This document shows, one piece after another, positions 19,365-20,000 of a DNA stretch of 20,000 nt. The stretch covers positions 9,045,952 to 9,065,951 of the forward strand of contig NC_057756.1 of assembly GCF_004010195.1 (NCBI RefSeq). Direction: 5' to 3'. A model generated the notes under the pieces. The model was not told the origin of the DNA and ran no database searches. It was given only the letters and a program-made list of their open reading frames with translations. Both the position numbers and the translations under genes were made by a program. How positions within the stretch are numbered: position 1 is the first letter of the stretch; every line of letters begins with the position of its first letter. This stretch comes from Chiloscyllium plagiosum. Its lineage: Eukaryota.

Positions 19365-19565
19365 AAAGTTAAAAATCACACAACACCAGGTTCTAGTCCA
19401 ACAGGTTTATTTGGAAACCCTATTTGAAATATTTACTTCACAACCATCTGTTGAAGGTGCAGTGCTCCGAAAGACAGTGCTTCAATTAAACCTGTTGGAC
19501 TATAGCCTGGTGTTGTAATTTTTGACTTTGTCCACCCCAGTCTAACACCGGCATCTCCAAACCAT
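19365..19565. mobile_element. Fold-back PLE family B insertion with degenerate hammerhead
   Basis: Inverted arms 19365-19416 / 19481-19529 enclose CTGTTGA-A-GGTGC-AGT-GCTCC-GAAAGACA-GTG (starting 19448). Confidence 0.75.
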
Positions 19566-19614
19566 TATTATTTATAAGACAATGTGTGCACTTGAACACC
19601 ATCAAATTCTTACA

Positions 19615-20000
19615 GTTAGGAAGCAGCTCATTCAGCCCAATTAAGTTCACACCAACCTCTTAGAGGATTCCACTCAGACCCATCTGTATACCTATAACCC
19701 TTCACTTTCCATGGCTAATCCACCTCTCACCTGCACATCCTTTGGACACTGTTAAATTTAGAATGGCCAATCCACCATGACCTGCACATTCCTGGGCACT
19801 ATGGTGAATTTAGCATGGGCAATCCACCCTGACCTACACACTCCTGGGGACTATGGTGAATTTAGCATGGCCAATCCACCCTGACCTGCACATTCCTGGG
19901 CACTATGGTGAATTTAGCATGGCCAATCACCCTGACCTGCACATCCCTGAGGACTATGGTGAATTTAGCATGGCCAATCACCCTGACCTGCACATCCCTG
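19615..20000 (-). repeat. HE1-type SINE 3' part expanded into a ~52-bp minisatellite (runs off the window)
   Basis: Units of ACTATGGTGAATTTAGCATGGCCAATCCACCCTGACCTGCACATTCCTGGGC start at 19798, 19850, 19902 and 19953, with older copies upstream. The unit is the reverse complement of SINE segment ~5661-5710. Confidence 0.88.

Overview
Repeat-dense vertebrate DNA, most likely from an elasmobranch (shark). That assignment is inferred from HE1-type SINEs and their partner CR1 tails. There is no intact protein-coding gene. The window is a stack of nested retroelement relics: an old CR1 LINE (1-6300) split by a 5'-complete L1-clade element (402-5421) and an HE1-type SINE, further CR1 fragments, a Rex1/Babar-type LINE carrying a tRNA-derived SINE, and about a dozen short Penelope-like (PLE) terminal-repeat pieces. 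Highlights: (1) the PLE pieces belong to two families, each carrying a minimal type-I hammerhead ribozyme motif. One copy has an intact core (19005-19032), and several sit in fold-back insertions flanked by target-site duplications (TSDs). (2) The L1 contains a captured, frameshifted P2Y1-like GPCR fragment (TM3 to C-tail) next to an inverted piece of its own ORF2, joined by microhomology. (3) A diverged duplication of apparently non-repeat DNA (~8400-8960 vs ~16140-16720) retains a splice-acceptor-like site. (4) There is a recent 480-bp tandem duplication of a four-part chimera, plus two retroelement-derived minisatellites. All family names come from motif recognition by eye, not from database searches.
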